Positions 1 through 11,079 of a stretch of 64,000 bases of DNA are shown here, piece by piece. The notes under the pieces were generated by a model, which searched no databases, had not been told where the DNA came from, and saw nothing but the letters and a program-made list of their open reading frames with translations. The position numbers and the translations under genes were made by a program. The stretch is taken from positions 5,828,001-5,892,000 of the forward strand of contig NC_081396.1 of NCBI RefSeq assembly GCF_030684315.1. Reading direction: 5' to 3'. Numbering within the stretch: position 1 is the first letter of the stretch; every line of letters starts with the position of its first letter. The stretch comes from Stegostoma tigrinum. Its lineage: Eukaryota.

Positions 1-590
1 CTGTCTCAGGCTTGCTGCAGTGTTCCAACGAAGCTCAATGTATGCTGGAAGAACAACACCTCATTTTCTGCTTGGGGACAATGCAGCCCCCTGGACTCAA
101 TATTGAGTTCAATAATTTTAGGGCCTGAACTGTCCCATGTCATAGCCCACCACCCCACAGACAAGGCCTTGTTATCAATAGTCTGCCAATATACACTGCC
201 TATTGTTGGCTACTAAAAGTCTCCATTAACAACTGTTCACCCTTCTAGACAGATGATTATCTACTCCTTTTTCTGTCCACTGCTCTTGTTTTCTTTTCTG
301 ATGAAGGGTCTAGGCCCGAAACGTCAGGTTTTTTGCTCTTTAGATGCTGTGCTCATCCAGCCCCAAAATTTGTTTTTTCTGTTCTTCTCTTTCTTTGGGT
401 TCTATCCCCAGCTACTGTTTACTCCTTACTCCTTCCCCCACTATCTTCTGCATATAAACCAATATTTTCCTAGTTAGCATCAGTTCTAACTAACGGTCAA
501 CAGACCCAAAATGTTAACTCTAGTTTCTCTTCACAGATGCTGCCTGACCCCACTCAACTTTTCCAGCAACTTCTGTTTTTGTGTCAACAA
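1..590 (+). mobile_element. Decayed 3' end of a Penelope-like element (family B terminus) with a short nested family A piece
   Basis: gaagaacaacacctcattttctgcttggggaca...ctcaatattgagttc resembles the EQxLIFRLGTLQPxGxNxxF ORF end seen at 3.4 kb. Terminus acagatgctgcc...ttccagcaacttctgttttt at ~530-580. Boundaries approximate. Confidence 0.65.
298..327 (+). ncRNA. Minimal type I hammerhead ribozyme motif (family A)
   Basis: CTGATGA-a-GGG-tctagg-CCC-GAAA-CGTC-ag: catalytic core boxes, short stem II, palindromic ACGT at stem III. Confidence 0.7.
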
Positions 591-759
591 CGTCAGAGTC
601 TGAACACCAAAGGTCGATTCTAATGCTGTTGATATTGTGAGATTCCATCCTCTCGTGTTTTTTTACACAGCCCACACCCAGTCCTTCGATGACATCAGTT
701 GCTTTAACACAGTCAGCCATTCTCAACTACACCCAGGCTCTTTATCACATTAGTCAATA

Positions 760-1510
760 AATAGAACAAAGAAAATTACAGCACAAGAACAGGGCCTTCA
801 GCCCTCCAAGCCTGTGCCAATCCATATCCTCTTTCTAAACATGTTGCCTATTTTCCAAGGATTTGTATCCCTCTGTTTTGTTCCCTGCCTCTTTGTGTAT
901 CCGTCTAAATATATCTTAAATGACACTATGATGCCTGCCTCTACCACCTCCGCTGGGAACATGTTCCAGGCACCCACCACCCTCCACATAAAGAACTTTC
1001 CACGCATATCTCCCTTCAACTTCTCCCCTCTCACCTCTGAATTGTGACCCCTATTAATTGAGTCCCCCACTCTGGGAAATGAATTCTTGCTATCCACCCT
1101 GCCTGTACATCTCACGATTTTGTAGACCTCAATCAGGTCCCCCCTCAACCTCCGTCTTTCTAATGTAAATAACCCTAATCTACTCAATCTCTCTTCATAG
1201 CTAGTGCCCTCCAAACCAGGCAACATCCCGGTGAACCTCCTCTGCACCGTCTCTGAAGCATCCACATCCTTTTGGAAATGTGGTGACCAGAACTGTATGC
1301 AGTGTTCAAAATATGGTCGAACCAAAGTCTATACAACTGTAACATGACCTGCTAAATCTTGTACTCAACATCCCCGCTGATGAATGAAAGCATGCCATAT
1401 ATCTTCTTGGCCACTCTATCGACCTGCGTTGCCACCTTCAGGGTACAACGGGCCTGAACACCCAGATCTCTCTGTGCATCAATTTTCCCCAGGACTTTTC
1501 CATTTACCGT
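760..1510 (-). mobile_element. CR1-clade (HER1-like) LINE 3' fragment
   Basis: ORF 798-1325: VRPYFEHCIQFWSPH..VQRRFTGMLPGL..YEERL..LFTLERRRLRGDLIEVYKI, the typical CR1 ORF2 C-terminus. Confidence 0.9.
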
Positions 1511-2049
1511 ATACCGTGACGTGGAGCAGGAAAATCACAGCAGGTCAGAAAGCATCCTAGGAGCAGGAAAGTCAATGTTTCGGGCCTAAACCCTTCGCTT
1601 GGCCCAACACGTCTGCACCAACCAAGTTCCCCAAACTAAACTTGTCCCATTTTCGTGAGTTTGGTCCAAATCTCTCTAAACCCTTCCGATCCAAATGTCT
1701 TTTAGATGTTATAATTGCACCTGCCTCCCCCACTTACTCTGCTCTCTCAGATTCTCCAGCATCTGCAGTTCCCCCTATCTCCACCACTTTCTCCGGCAGC
1801 TCCTTCCGTGTACCCTCTGAGTGAAAACGTTACCCTCAGGTGCCTTTAAAATATCCCCCCCCCCTCACCTTCAACCTCTGCCCTCTAGGTTTGGACTCCC
1901 CTGCCCTGGGGCAAGGACCTTGTCTGTGCCCCTCGCGCTGGGTTTCAGTTTTTGTTTGGCATGTTGCATGCTTTCCACAGCAATTAGAATTGAAGGGCCG
2001 ACTGTTTCAGGTTGATTCCCCCCATGGGAAGAACGCAGAGCCCCTTCAC

Positions 2050-2460
2050 TGCCTGCAAGGGGGAATGATGCCCATTTGCACCCGAGGAGAGCAGTGCGCA
2101 GGCGCCGTGCGGGTGTGGGGCGGGGGGGGCGAACGGAGCGTGCGCAGGATGAGGACCCGCGATGGCGAACGGTTCCTGCTCGGCTCCAAAAATCGGTGAG
2201 ACGGAGGCAGCAAGGGGCGGAGCGGGGCTGGGGAAGTCTGCGAAAGTAACATCGAGCGAAGAGTACACTCAGGGCAGAACTGACCGGGTCCCTCCTCTTG
2301 TCCGGGGTTGGTGCCTGAACTCCCGTCTTTCGGCTCACTTCACGGCCGCCATCTTGTTGGGTGTGAGATGGTGCGCGTGCGCGTCGCCATCTTTATTGGG
2401 GAACAAAGGTTGGGTGGGCGTTCGGCCGCCATCTTTGTAGGGGGCGACAGCAACGAGGGG
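2050..2460. promoter_or_regulatory. CpG-rich putative promoter with three YY1 motifs and NRF1-like sites
   Basis: CGCCATCTT at ~2347-2355, ~2385-2393 and ~2427-2435. TGCGCAGGCGC at 2095-2105 and GTGCGCGTGCGC at 2371-2382. High CpG density against a CpG-poor background. Confidence 0.7.
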
Positions 2461-2550
2461 CTGAAGTGGAATTCACTCAGATTGGCAAGATAATAAAATG
2501 TGAGGCTGGATGAACACAGCAGGACAAGCAGCATCTCAGGAGCACAAAAG

Positions 2551-2580
2551 CTGACGTTTCGGGCCTAGACCCTTCATCAG
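2551..2580 (-). ncRNA. Minimal hammerhead ribozyme motif (family A)
   Basis: Reverse complement of CTGATGAAGGGTCTAGGCCCGAAACGTCAG. Confidence 0.7.
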
Positions 2581-2850
2581 AGAGGGGGATGGGGGGAGGG
2601 AACTGGAATAAATAGGGAGAGAGGGGGAGGCAGACCGAAGATGGAGAGAAAAGAAGATAGATGGAGAGGAGAGTATAGGTGTGGAGGTAGGGAGGGGATA
2701 GGTCAGTCCAGGGAAGATGGACAGGTCAAGGAGGTGGGTAACTTCTGGAGATGAAGAGGTCGAGGGAGGGTAGGAGGCCTGGGGGTGGTGTCCAGGAGGA
2801 GGACTTGTGTTGGAAGCGGGTGAAGGGGCCAGTGGAAGGAGGGTTAGGTT

Positions 2851-3633
2851 CCCCTCACACCCCGCCCCCGCCACAACCGCCCTAAGAGGATCCCACTCGT
2901 TCTCACACACCACCCTACCAACCTCCAGATACAACGCATCATCCTCCGACATTTCCGCCATTTACAATCCGACCCCACCACCCAAGACATTTTTCCATCC
3001 CCTCCCCTGTCAGCTTTCCGGAGAGACCACTCTCTCCGTGACTCCCTTGTTCGCTCCACACTGCCCTCCAACCCCACCACACCCGGCACCTTCCCCTGCA
3101 ACCGCAGGAAATGCTACACTTGCCCCCACACCACCTCCCTCACCCCCATCCCAGGCCCCAAGATGACTTTCCATATTAAGCAGAGGTTCACCTGCACATC
3201 TGCCAATGTGGTATACTGCATCCATTGTACCCGTTGCAGCTTCCTCTACATTGGGGAAACCAAGCGGAGGCTTGGAGACCGCTTTGCAGAACACCTCCGC
3301 TCAGTTCGCAACAAACAACTGCACCTCCCAGTCGCAAACCATTTCCACTCCCCCTCCCATTCTCTAGATGACATGTCCATCATGGGCCTCCTGCAGTACC
3401 ACAATGATGCCACCCGAAGGTTGCAGGAACAGCAACTCATATTCCGCCTGGGAACGCTGCAGCCTAGTGGTATCAATGTGGACTTCACCAGTTTCAAAAT
3501 CTCCCCTTCCCCTACTGCATCCCTAAACCAGCCTAGTTCGTCCCCTCCCCCCACTGCACCACACAACCAGCCCAGCTCTTCCCCCCCACCCACTGCATCC
3601 CAAAACCAGTCCAACCTTTCTCTGCCTCCCTAA
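2851..3633 (+). pseudogene. Penelope-like ORF C-terminus: Cys-rich linker plus GIY-YIG endonuclease (5'-truncated, RT missing)
   Basis: Frame reads ..RIPLVLTHHP..AFRRDHSLRDSLVRS..CNRRKCYTC.. and continues into ORF 3163-3633 NVVYCIHC..LYIGETKRRLGDRFAEH..VANHF..EQQLIFRLGTLQPSGIN. Confidence 0.85.
3511..3612 (+). repeat. ~39-bp tandem repeat (NQPSSSPPPTASQ-like) at the PLE ORF end
   Basis: aaccagcccagctc(g/t)tcccctccccccactgcatcccaa units. About three more copies at ~4555-4660 in the second PLE. Confidence 0.75.
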
Positions 3634-3857
3634 CCGGTTCTTCCTCTCACCCATCCCTTCCTCCCACACCAAGCCGCACCCCCAGCTACCTACTAACCTC
3701 ATCCCACCTCCTTGACCTGTCCGTCTTCCCTGGACTGACCTATCCCCTCCCTACCTCCCCACCTATACTCTCTCCACCTATCTTCTTTACTCTCCATCTT
3801 CGGTCCGCCTCCCCCTCTCTCCCTATTTATTCCGGCTCCCTCTCCCCATCCCCCTCT

Positions 3858-3887
3858 CTGATGAAGGGTCTAGGCCCGAAACGTCAG
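3858..3887 (+). ncRNA. Minimal hammerhead ribozyme motif (family A)
   Basis: CTGATGAAGGGTCTAGGCCCGAAACGTCAG. Confidence 0.72.
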
Positions 3888-4135
3888 CTTTTGTGCTCCT
3901 GAGATGCTGCTTGGCCTGCTGTGTTCATCCAGCCTCTCATTTTATTATCAAGGAGGTGGGATGAGGTTAGTAGGTAGCATCCCACCTCCTTGACCTGTCC
4001 GTCTTCCCTGGACTGACCTATCCCCTCCCTACCTCCCCACCTATACTCTCTCCACCTATCTTCTTTACTCTCCATCTTCGGTCCGCCTACCCCTCTCTCC
4101 CTATTTATTCCAGTTCCCTCTCCCCATCCCCCTCT

Positions 4136-4165
4136 CTGATGAAGGGTCTAGGCCCGAAACGTCAG
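4136..4165 (+). ncRNA. Minimal hammerhead ribozyme motif (family A), tandem partner of 3858
   Basis: Identical 30-mer 278 nt downstream of the 3858 copy. Confidence 0.72.
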
Positions 4166-4345
4166 CTTTTGTGTTCCTGAGATGCTGCTTGGCCTGCTGT
4201 GTTCATCCAGCCTCACATTTTATTATCTTGGAATTCTCCAGCATCTGCAGTTCCCATTATCTCTTCACTCAGATTGGCAACTGCATCGAAAGTGGAAGCA
4301 GGAGCCTGTCCGGCCATTCAGCCTGATCATCCAACACAACATCCT

Positions 4346-5035
4346 TTGCAGAACACCTCCGCTCGGTTCGCAACAAACTACTGCACCTCCCAGTCGCGAA
4401 CCATTTCCACTCCCCCTCCCATTCTTTAGATGACATGTCCATCATGGGCCTCCTGCAGTGCCACAATGATGCCACCCGAAGGTTGCAGGAACAGCTTGGG
4501 AACCCTGCAGCCCAATGGTATCAATGTGGACTTCACAAGCTTTAAAATCTCCCCTTCCCCCACCGCATCCCAAAACCAGCCCAGTTCGTCCCCTCCCCCC
4601 ACTGCATCCCAAAACCAGCCCAGCTCGTCCCCTCCCCCCACTGCATCCCAAAACCAGGCCAGCCTGTCTCTGCCTCCCTAACCTGTTCTGCCTCTCACAC
4701 ATCCCTTCCTCCCACCTCAAGCCACACCTCCATTTCCTACCTACCACCTCATCCCGCCTCCTTGACCTGTCCATCTTCCGGACTGACCTATCCCCTCCCT
4801 ACCTCCTCACCTATACTCTCCTCTCCACCTATCTTCTTTTCTCTCCATCTTTGGTCCGCCTCCCCCTCTCTCCCTATTTATTCCAGAACCCTCTCCCCAT
4901 CCCCCTTTTCTGATGAATGGTCTAGGCCCGAAAGGTCAGCTTTTGTGCTCCTGAGATGCTGCTTGGCCTGCTGTGTTCATCCAGCTCCACACTTTGTTAT
5001 CTTGGATTCTCCAGCATCTGCAGTTCCCATTATCA
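4346..5035 (+). mobile_element. Second 5'-truncated Penelope-like copy, inserted in a CR1 3' end
   Basis: TSD CCAACACA(A/G)CATCCT at 4331-4345 and 5036-5050. Frameshifted end of the GIY-YIG ORF and a variant hammerhead at 4910-4939. Confidence 0.85.
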
Positions 5036-5050
5036 CCAACACAGCATCCT

Positions 5051-6720
5051 GTCCCTCTGCTTCCCACCCACTTCCCGCTTTGATCCCAGTAGCCTGAAGG
5101 ACTATATCTAATTCATTTTTGAAATCATTCAATGTTTTGGTCCCTGCCACTTTCTGTGAGCGATAGTGAAACAGGCTCACCCACTCTCTGGCTGAAGAAA
5201 TCTCTCCTCACCTCAGTCCTACCCCATGTCATTGAGATCGTGATCCCTGGCCCTGACTAGTCCTCTGGAACAGAGATAATGGGAACTGCAGTCCTGTCAG
5301 AATTTTACAGGTTGTCATGAGTTGCCCCCTCATTCTTCTAAGCTCCAGTGAATTTGCTCCTGACTGAACCAGTCTCCCTTCACGTGTCAGTCCTGTCTTC
5401 CAGTGAATCTGATAAAAGCCTGGTAGACCCTTGTTGCACACTGTCCACTGTCAAAGAGCACAGAAATAAACCCTCAGTCCAATCAGTCCATGCTGACCAT
5501 GATCCCAAACTAAGCTAGTGTCACCTGCCTGTGCTTGGCCCATACCCCTCCAAACATTTCTTATTCATGTAGTTACCTAAATGCCCTTTAAATGTTGTAA
5601 CTTTACCCACATCCACCACTTCCTCTGGAATTTCATTCCACACACGAGCAATTCCCACATGTAAAAAACTAGCCTCTTGTGTCTTTTCTAAATCTTTCTC
5701 CTTTCACCTTAAAAATATGCCCCTAGCCTTGAAATCTTGAAGACACATGCAATTCACCTGATCTACTCTCAAGACATCATTTCTCAGTGAAGGAGACTGA
5801 AACTGCACACAATACTCTAAATGTGGTCTCACAAGGCCCTGTAACAATTGCAGCAAGACACCCCTGCACATGTACTCGAATCCTCTCACTTTGAAGGCCA
5901 ATAACCTATCTGGTTTCTTCACCCACATGCATACTTTCAGTGACAGGTGTACAGGGACACCCAGGTCTTATTGTACCACCCCCTTTCCCAGTCTATCACC
6001 ATTCAGCTAATCTCTTTTCCTGTTTTTGCTGCCAAAAACCCTCATATTTAACCTCATTATGCTTCATCTGCCATGCATTTACCCACTCAGTCAGCCAGTT
6101 CAAATCATACAAAAGCATCTCAACATCCTCCTCAAAGTTCACCTTCCCACCCAGCTTGGTGTCATCTGCAAGTCAGGAGATATACTCACAGTTTTGTCAT
6201 CTTAATTATTATATATGTGTTGTGATTAGCTGTGATCCAAGTACTGATATCTGTAGTATTCCAGCAGTCCCTGGCTACTGTTCAGAAAATGAGCTGTTTA
6301 TTCCTACTGTTTGTTTTGAGTCTGCCAACTAGTTTTCTGTCCATATTAGCACACGCCCCCTTGTCCCATGTGCTATAATTTTACGTGTTAATATTTTACA
6401 TGAGACTTTATTCTGAAAGTCCAAGTAAACCACATCTACTGGCTCCCCTTTATCAACAACTAGTTACATAATCAAAACATTCCAGTAGATTTGTCGACTG
6501 TCCTTTCATAAATCCATACTGTCTCTGTCCAATCCTGCTATTGTTTTCCTAATGTCCAGCTATTAAATCTTTTATAATGGACTTCAGCATTTTCACCACT
6601 AGCGGTGTCAGACTGATTGTAACTCCCGGTTTTCTCTCTACCCCATCTTTTAAATCGTAGGATTAGGTTAACTACCCTTCAATGGATAGGACCTGTTCCA
6701 GAATGCATACAATCTAGAAA
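5051..6720 (-). mobile_element. Several decayed CR1-clade LINE fragments
   Basis: ORF 5704-5928 LVRPHLEYCVQF.., ORF 5229-5441 SLELRRMRGQL..CKIL. RT-region remnants to ~6.7 kb. Confidence 0.75.
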
Positions 6721-6830
6721 GTTGACTGTCGATGCATCTACCATTTCTAGGGCCAGTTTCTTATCGCGTGATGACCCTTTACCTGACCCTCAAGCTGAGC
6801 TACCTCTTGAAGTGAGGGATTATACATGCT

Positions 6831-7120
6831 CTACAGTGCAGAAACAGGTCATTCAGCCCATCAGGTCCACACCAACCCCCCCAAAGAGCATCCCACCCAG
6901 GCACAACTCCCTACCCTATCCCTGTAACCCTGCATTTTCATATCCACCTAATCTGCACATGGTTGTGGGAGAAACTGGAGCACCCAGAGGAAACTCACAC
7001 AGTCACAGGGGAAGAAGTTGCAAACTCCACACAGACAGTCGCCCAAGGGTGAAATTGAAACCAGGGTCCCTAATACTGTGAGGCTAATTGCAGTGATAAC
7101 CACGAGCCACTGTGCTGCCC
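6831..7120 (-). mobile_element. HE1-like tRNA-derived V-SINE
   Basis: Reverse of gcacagtggctc..ctgtgtggagtttgca..tcctctgggtgctccagtttc. Confidence 0.75.
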
Positions 7121-7260
7121 ATAAACTGACATTCCCTACCAGTGAAGGGAACTTGGATTGTGGTGGTATTAGAGCCGAATTGTTACCACTAGATCACCAT
7201 GGATATATGCAAAGCTATGGCCTGAATGGGAGAAGAGAAAGAGAAGGGAGCAGGAGAGAT

Positions 7261-7530
7261 AGCTCCATGGTTAGCACTGCTGACTCACAGCGCCAGGTTC
7301 AATCCCACCCTCGGGCAACTGTCTTTGTGGAGTTTGCACATTTTCTCCATGTCTGCGTGAGTTTTGTCTGGGTGCTCCGGTTTCCTCCCACAGTCCAAAG
7401 ATGTGCAGGCTGGGTGCAATAGCCGTGGTAAATGTTGGGTTACAGGGTCAAGGTGTTGGGGGTTGGTCCTGGGTGGGATGCTGTTCAGAGAGTTGTGTGG
7501 ACTCAAGGGCCAAACTGCAGGGATTCTAAG
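7261..7530 (+). mobile_element. HE1-like V-SINE
   Basis: ggttagcactgct..ggttcaatccc (B box)..gtggagtttgcacatt..gggtgctccggtttcctcccacagtccaaagatgtgcagg. Confidence 0.8.
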
Positions 7531-7535
7531 CCTAC

Positions 7536-7670
7536 ACCAGAGATATAGGAACTGCTGATGCTGGAGAATCTGAGATAACAGGGTGTAGAGCTGGATGAAC
7601 ACGGCAGGCCAAGCTGCATCAGAGCAGCAGGAAAGCTGATGTTTCGGGTTGGACCCTTCCTTCTCTGATC
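7536..7670 (-). mobile_element. Penelope-like terminus fragment
   Basis: Reverse of the family A terminus (gctggatgaacac..gcaggccaagc..gtttcggg). Confidence 0.7.
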
Positions 7671-7759
7671 AACATCCGTGAACCTGTTAGGTCTGTTATG
7701 ACAATCGGGTAGCCTTCATGTTCCCTTTCTGCTGACACCCAACACCAGTGATGACCAGA

Positions 7760-7996
7760 GATAGTAAGAACTGCAGATGCTGGGGAATCTGAGATAAACA
7801 AGGTGTGGAGCTGGATGAACACAGCAGTCCAGGCAGCATCAGAGGAGCAGGAAGGCTAGACCCTTCGGGCCTAGACCCTTCTTCAGAAACTTTTTATGAA
7901 CATTTCTGAAGAAGGTTCTAGGCCTGAAACATCGGCCTTCCTGTTCCTCTGATGCTGCTTGGCCTGCTGTGTTCATCCAGCTCTACACCTTGTTCT
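7760..7996. mobile_element. Palindromic Penelope-derived insertion
   Basis: Inverted termini around degenerate hammerheads (7864-7886 minus, 7906-7935 plus). TSD ACCAGTGATGA(C/T)CAGA at 7744-7759 and 7997-8012. Confidence 0.8.
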
Positions 7997-8181
7997 ACCA
8001 GTGATGATCAGATTCATTCAGCTCAATTGGTGGGCTCGCTATCACTCCCTTTCTTTTCATTCTCTCCCCCTGTTTTGATGAACCTTACAGGTGATTAGAA
8101 AAGGAGGACTTCAGGGCAGGAAACTCAAAACTAAACTTCACGGATGGCTCGCCCAAAGTTGTCCGAAGTGGAATACTGAGC

Positions 8182-9300
8182 ATGGAAGGAGAGAGATCTG
8201 CGTGCAGCATGGAGAAATCACACGCGTGTTCCAGGTGCGGGCAAGGCTTCGCACAGCCTGACCTGTCCCAACACAAATGCGGTCGTGCCGGGGAGAAGCC
8301 GTGGAAGTGCGGGTGCTGCGGCAAGGCCTTCCGTTACCCGTGCTACCTGGAATCCCACCAGCGCAGCCACACAGGGGAGAGGCAGTTCGCCTGCCCCGAG
8401 TGCGGGAAGCAATTTGCTCAGTCATCCAGCCTGCAGAAGCACCAACGGGTCCACACTGGGGAGAGGCGGTTCCGCTGCTCGGCGTGCGGGAAGGGGTTCG
8501 CAGAATCGTCCCACTTGCTGAGGCACCGGAGGGTTCACACCGGGGAGAGGCCGTTCGCCTGCGCTGAGTGCGGCAAGGGCTTCACCGAGCTGTCGAGCCT
8601 GCAGAGGCACCGGAGAGCCCACAGCGGGGAGAGGCCGTTCGCCTGCGCCGAGTGCGGCAAGCGCTTCACCGATTCATCCATGCTGCTGACGCACCGGAGG
8701 GTCCACACCGACGAGAGGCCTTTCGGGTGCCCAGACTGCGGCAAGCGCTGCAAGAGCCCCCGGGACCTGACGTCCCACCGGCGGGTCCACACCGACGAGC
8801 GGCCGTTCCGCTGCTCCCGCTGCGGGGCCAGCTTCAAGACGCCATCGGCCCTCACGAAGCACCGGCGGGTCCACACTGGGGAGAGGCCGTTCGCATGCCC
8901 CCGCTGTGGGGCGAGCTTCAAGCAGTCCTCTCAGCTCGCCGTCCACCAGCGGGTCCACACCGGGGAGAGGCCATTCGCCTGCTCCGAGTGCGGGAAGGCC
9001 TTCGCTCAGTCGTCCCACCTGCAGATACACGAGCGGGTTCACTCCGAGGAGAGACCCTTCCGGTGCCCGGACTGCGGGAAGACCTTCAAAAGCTCCGGAG
9101 AACTGATGCTTCACCAGCGCGTTCACACCGACGAGAGGCCCTACCGATGCTCCCACTGCGGCACCGGGTTCCGGAGATCGTCCGACCTGGCAGAACACCG
9201 GCGTGTTCACACTGGGGAGAGGCCGTTCACCTGCTCCGAGTGCGGGAAGGGATTCACTCAGTCGTCCACTCTGCTGAGGCACCAGCGCGTTCACAAATAA
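8182..9300 (+). CDS. C2H2 zinc-finger protein, 12 intact fingers plus 1 degenerate, no effector domain
   Basis: 372-aa ORF with CxxC-x12-HxxxH repeats and TGERPF linkers. Polypyrimidine tract and CAG acceptor end at 8090. In-frame TGA at 8092 implies the ATG lies in this exon. Confidence 0.9.
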   Translation: MEGERSACSMEKSHACSRCGQGFAQPDLSQHKCGRAGEKPWKCGCCGKAFRYPCYLESHQRSHTGERQFACPECGKQFAQSSSLQKHQRVHTGERRFRCSACGKGFAESSHLLRHRRVHTGERPFACAECGKGFTELSSLQRHRRAHSGERPFACAECGKRFTDSSMLLTHRRVHTDERPFGCPDCGKRCKSPRDLTSHRRVHTDERPFRCSRCGASFKTPSALTKHRRVHTGERPFACPRCGASFKQSSQLAVHQRVHTGERPFACSECGKAFAQSSHLQIHERVHSEERPFRCPDCGKTFKSSGELMLHQRVHTDERPYRCSHCGTGFRRSSDLAEHRRVHTGERPFTCSECGKGFTQSSTLLRHQRVHK

Positions 9301-9309
9301 TTCCAGGAA

Positions 9310-9990
9310 CTAAGGAGGCACCTAGGAGCAGGAGGAGGCATTCAGCCCGTCTGAGCCTGCTTCACGATTCAAGAAGATGGTGGCTGCTCTGGTTATGACC
9401 TCCATTGCACTTTCCTCTCTACCCCTTGATTCCCTTGACTGCTAACAATATGTGGAATGTGACCTTGAATAAATTCAACACCCAGTTGACTCTTTGACAG
9501 AAAGAAAGTCCTCATCTCTGTCCTAGAACCAGATGTCTTTTTCTTAAATTCTTAGACTGGTTTCTCCGACACCTCTGCTGTCTCGGAGGAAGCATCCTTT
9601 CATTCCTACCCTGTTAGGACCCTCAGGATCTCAATGTTTCAATGAATCCCCTTTCATCCTTCCAAACTCAAATGGGTAAAGATGTGCGCTGTTTTGCTCT
9701 TCATAAGTTAAACCCTGCATCCCAGGAATGAGTCGAGTGATCCTTCTCTGAGCTGCTTTCTTGAAATGAGGGGATCAAAACTGCACTGCACTCAAGATGC
9801 GGTGTCACATATGCTCCATGCAAATGCAGCAAAAAGTCCCTGCCTTTATTTTGCATTCCCTGTGCAATCAATGAGAACAATTTATTTGCCTCCCATTAGC
9901 TGCAGACAAACTTTATATGATTCTTGTATTTGGATTTGCTTTTCAACTTCGCCCAATTGTCATTTATGCGGAAAAAAATGTTGCATTCTT
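9310..9990 (-). mobile_element. Decayed CR1 3' fragment directly after the ZNF stop
   Basis: taggagcaggaggaggcattcagcccg..ccccttgattccc matches the reverse CR1 3' tails seen elsewhere in the window. Confidence 0.55.
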
Positions 9991-10762
9991 TCCACGCACT
10001 GAGCCCGGTCTTCGATGGAAGGGTCAATCTTATCATCCTTGTTTGGGACACTCAGTTCCTTCTATACCTCGATGTTCTTCCCGCCAAATTGGACAACATT
10101 TTCCGAAGTTATATCCCACTGCCGACTTGTTTCACCGACCTAGACCTCTTGGCAGTCTCTGCTGTCTTTTCTTGTCAACTTGCATTCCCACCTATCTTGG
10201 TGTCATCAGCAATTTTTTGTTTTCGAGTTAGGTTTATTATCACGTGCTGTCAAGTACAGGGATACAGGAGTAAAGCAAAAAGTGTACGATGTTGCCTTTC
10301 CCGGCACCATCTTTAGGTACAAATGTACCTCGGTACAAAATCTTAGCTACAAAGCAGAAAAAATAAAGTAAGAGAGTTAAGAGTTCAGCATTACATCCCT
10401 TCTTTAGCCATGGGCCTGCGGATGCTTCACGCTGGCCTTTCCCCATGAGGGCTCGGTCTCCTCAATGTTTGTATATCAATGCGCAACACCAGAGTCACAC
10501 TTGAATTCCCCCACTGCCTTGCCACTGAAAGCTCCAGACCTCAACAATGCCACAGTTCCCAATTTGGCTACAAAACATTTGGTCCATATATCCAAATCAT
10601 TGAAATAAATTACGCAGAGTTGAAGGCCCACTGCTGAACCCAATGACAATCCACTAGTTGATAGCTTTTCAACCCAAAAAAAATCCGTTTACTTTTACTT
10701 TCTTGTTCAAGTCCAATCCTTTATCCCTGTGAATATGTTTCCCTCTTGTACTCAATGGAATC

Positions 10763-11070
10763 CTTACAGTGAGAAGGCTGGCCATTCAGCCCATTGAATC
10801 TGCACCACACATCCAAAGAGGAAGACCCACGCCATCCCTATAACCATGTAGTTCCCATGGCTAACCCCCCTAGCCTGAATATTCCTGGACACTATTGGCA
10901 ATTTAGCATGGTCACCCCACCCTAACCTACACATCTTTGGACTATGGGCGGAGACCGGAGCACCTGCAGGAAACCCATGCAGACATGGGGGGAAAATGTG
11001 GAAACTCCACACAGACACTCACCCAAGGATGGAATCGAACCCGTGTCCCCAACACTATAAGGCACTGCAT
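10763..11070 (-). mobile_element. HE1-like V-SINE
   Basis: Reverse V-domain (ggagcacctgcaggaaacccatgcagac..aaactccacacagac) and B box gaatcgaaccc. Confidence 0.75.
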
Positions 11071-11079
11071 GCCACTCCC

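Larger units (their letters stand above)
2489..4263 (+). mobile_element. 5'-truncated Penelope-like retroelement with inverted and tandem pseudo-LTRs
   Basis: Flanked by TSD TTCACTCAGATTGGCAA (2472-2488 and 4264-4280). Inverted terminus at 2489-~2737, ORF remnant, then two tandem termini ending at ~3950 and 4263. Confidence 0.9.

Noticed and set aside
1840-2534. ORFs across CpG islands (also 40761-41398 and 54297-55035)
   Set aside because: Low-complexity Arg/Gly/Pro translations typical of GC-rich promoters, with no recognisable domain.
3511-4660. Regularly spaced repeats as a possible CRISPR array
   Set aside because: Eukaryotic context, contiguous units without unique spacers, and no cas genes.
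8535-9398. Long overlapping alternative-frame and antisense ORFs in ZNF exons (e.g. 8568-9398, 8674-9294, 25797-26462, 20117-20587)
   Set aside because: Expected by-product of GC-rich 84-bp finger repeats that lack stops in other frames. No independent domain signal.
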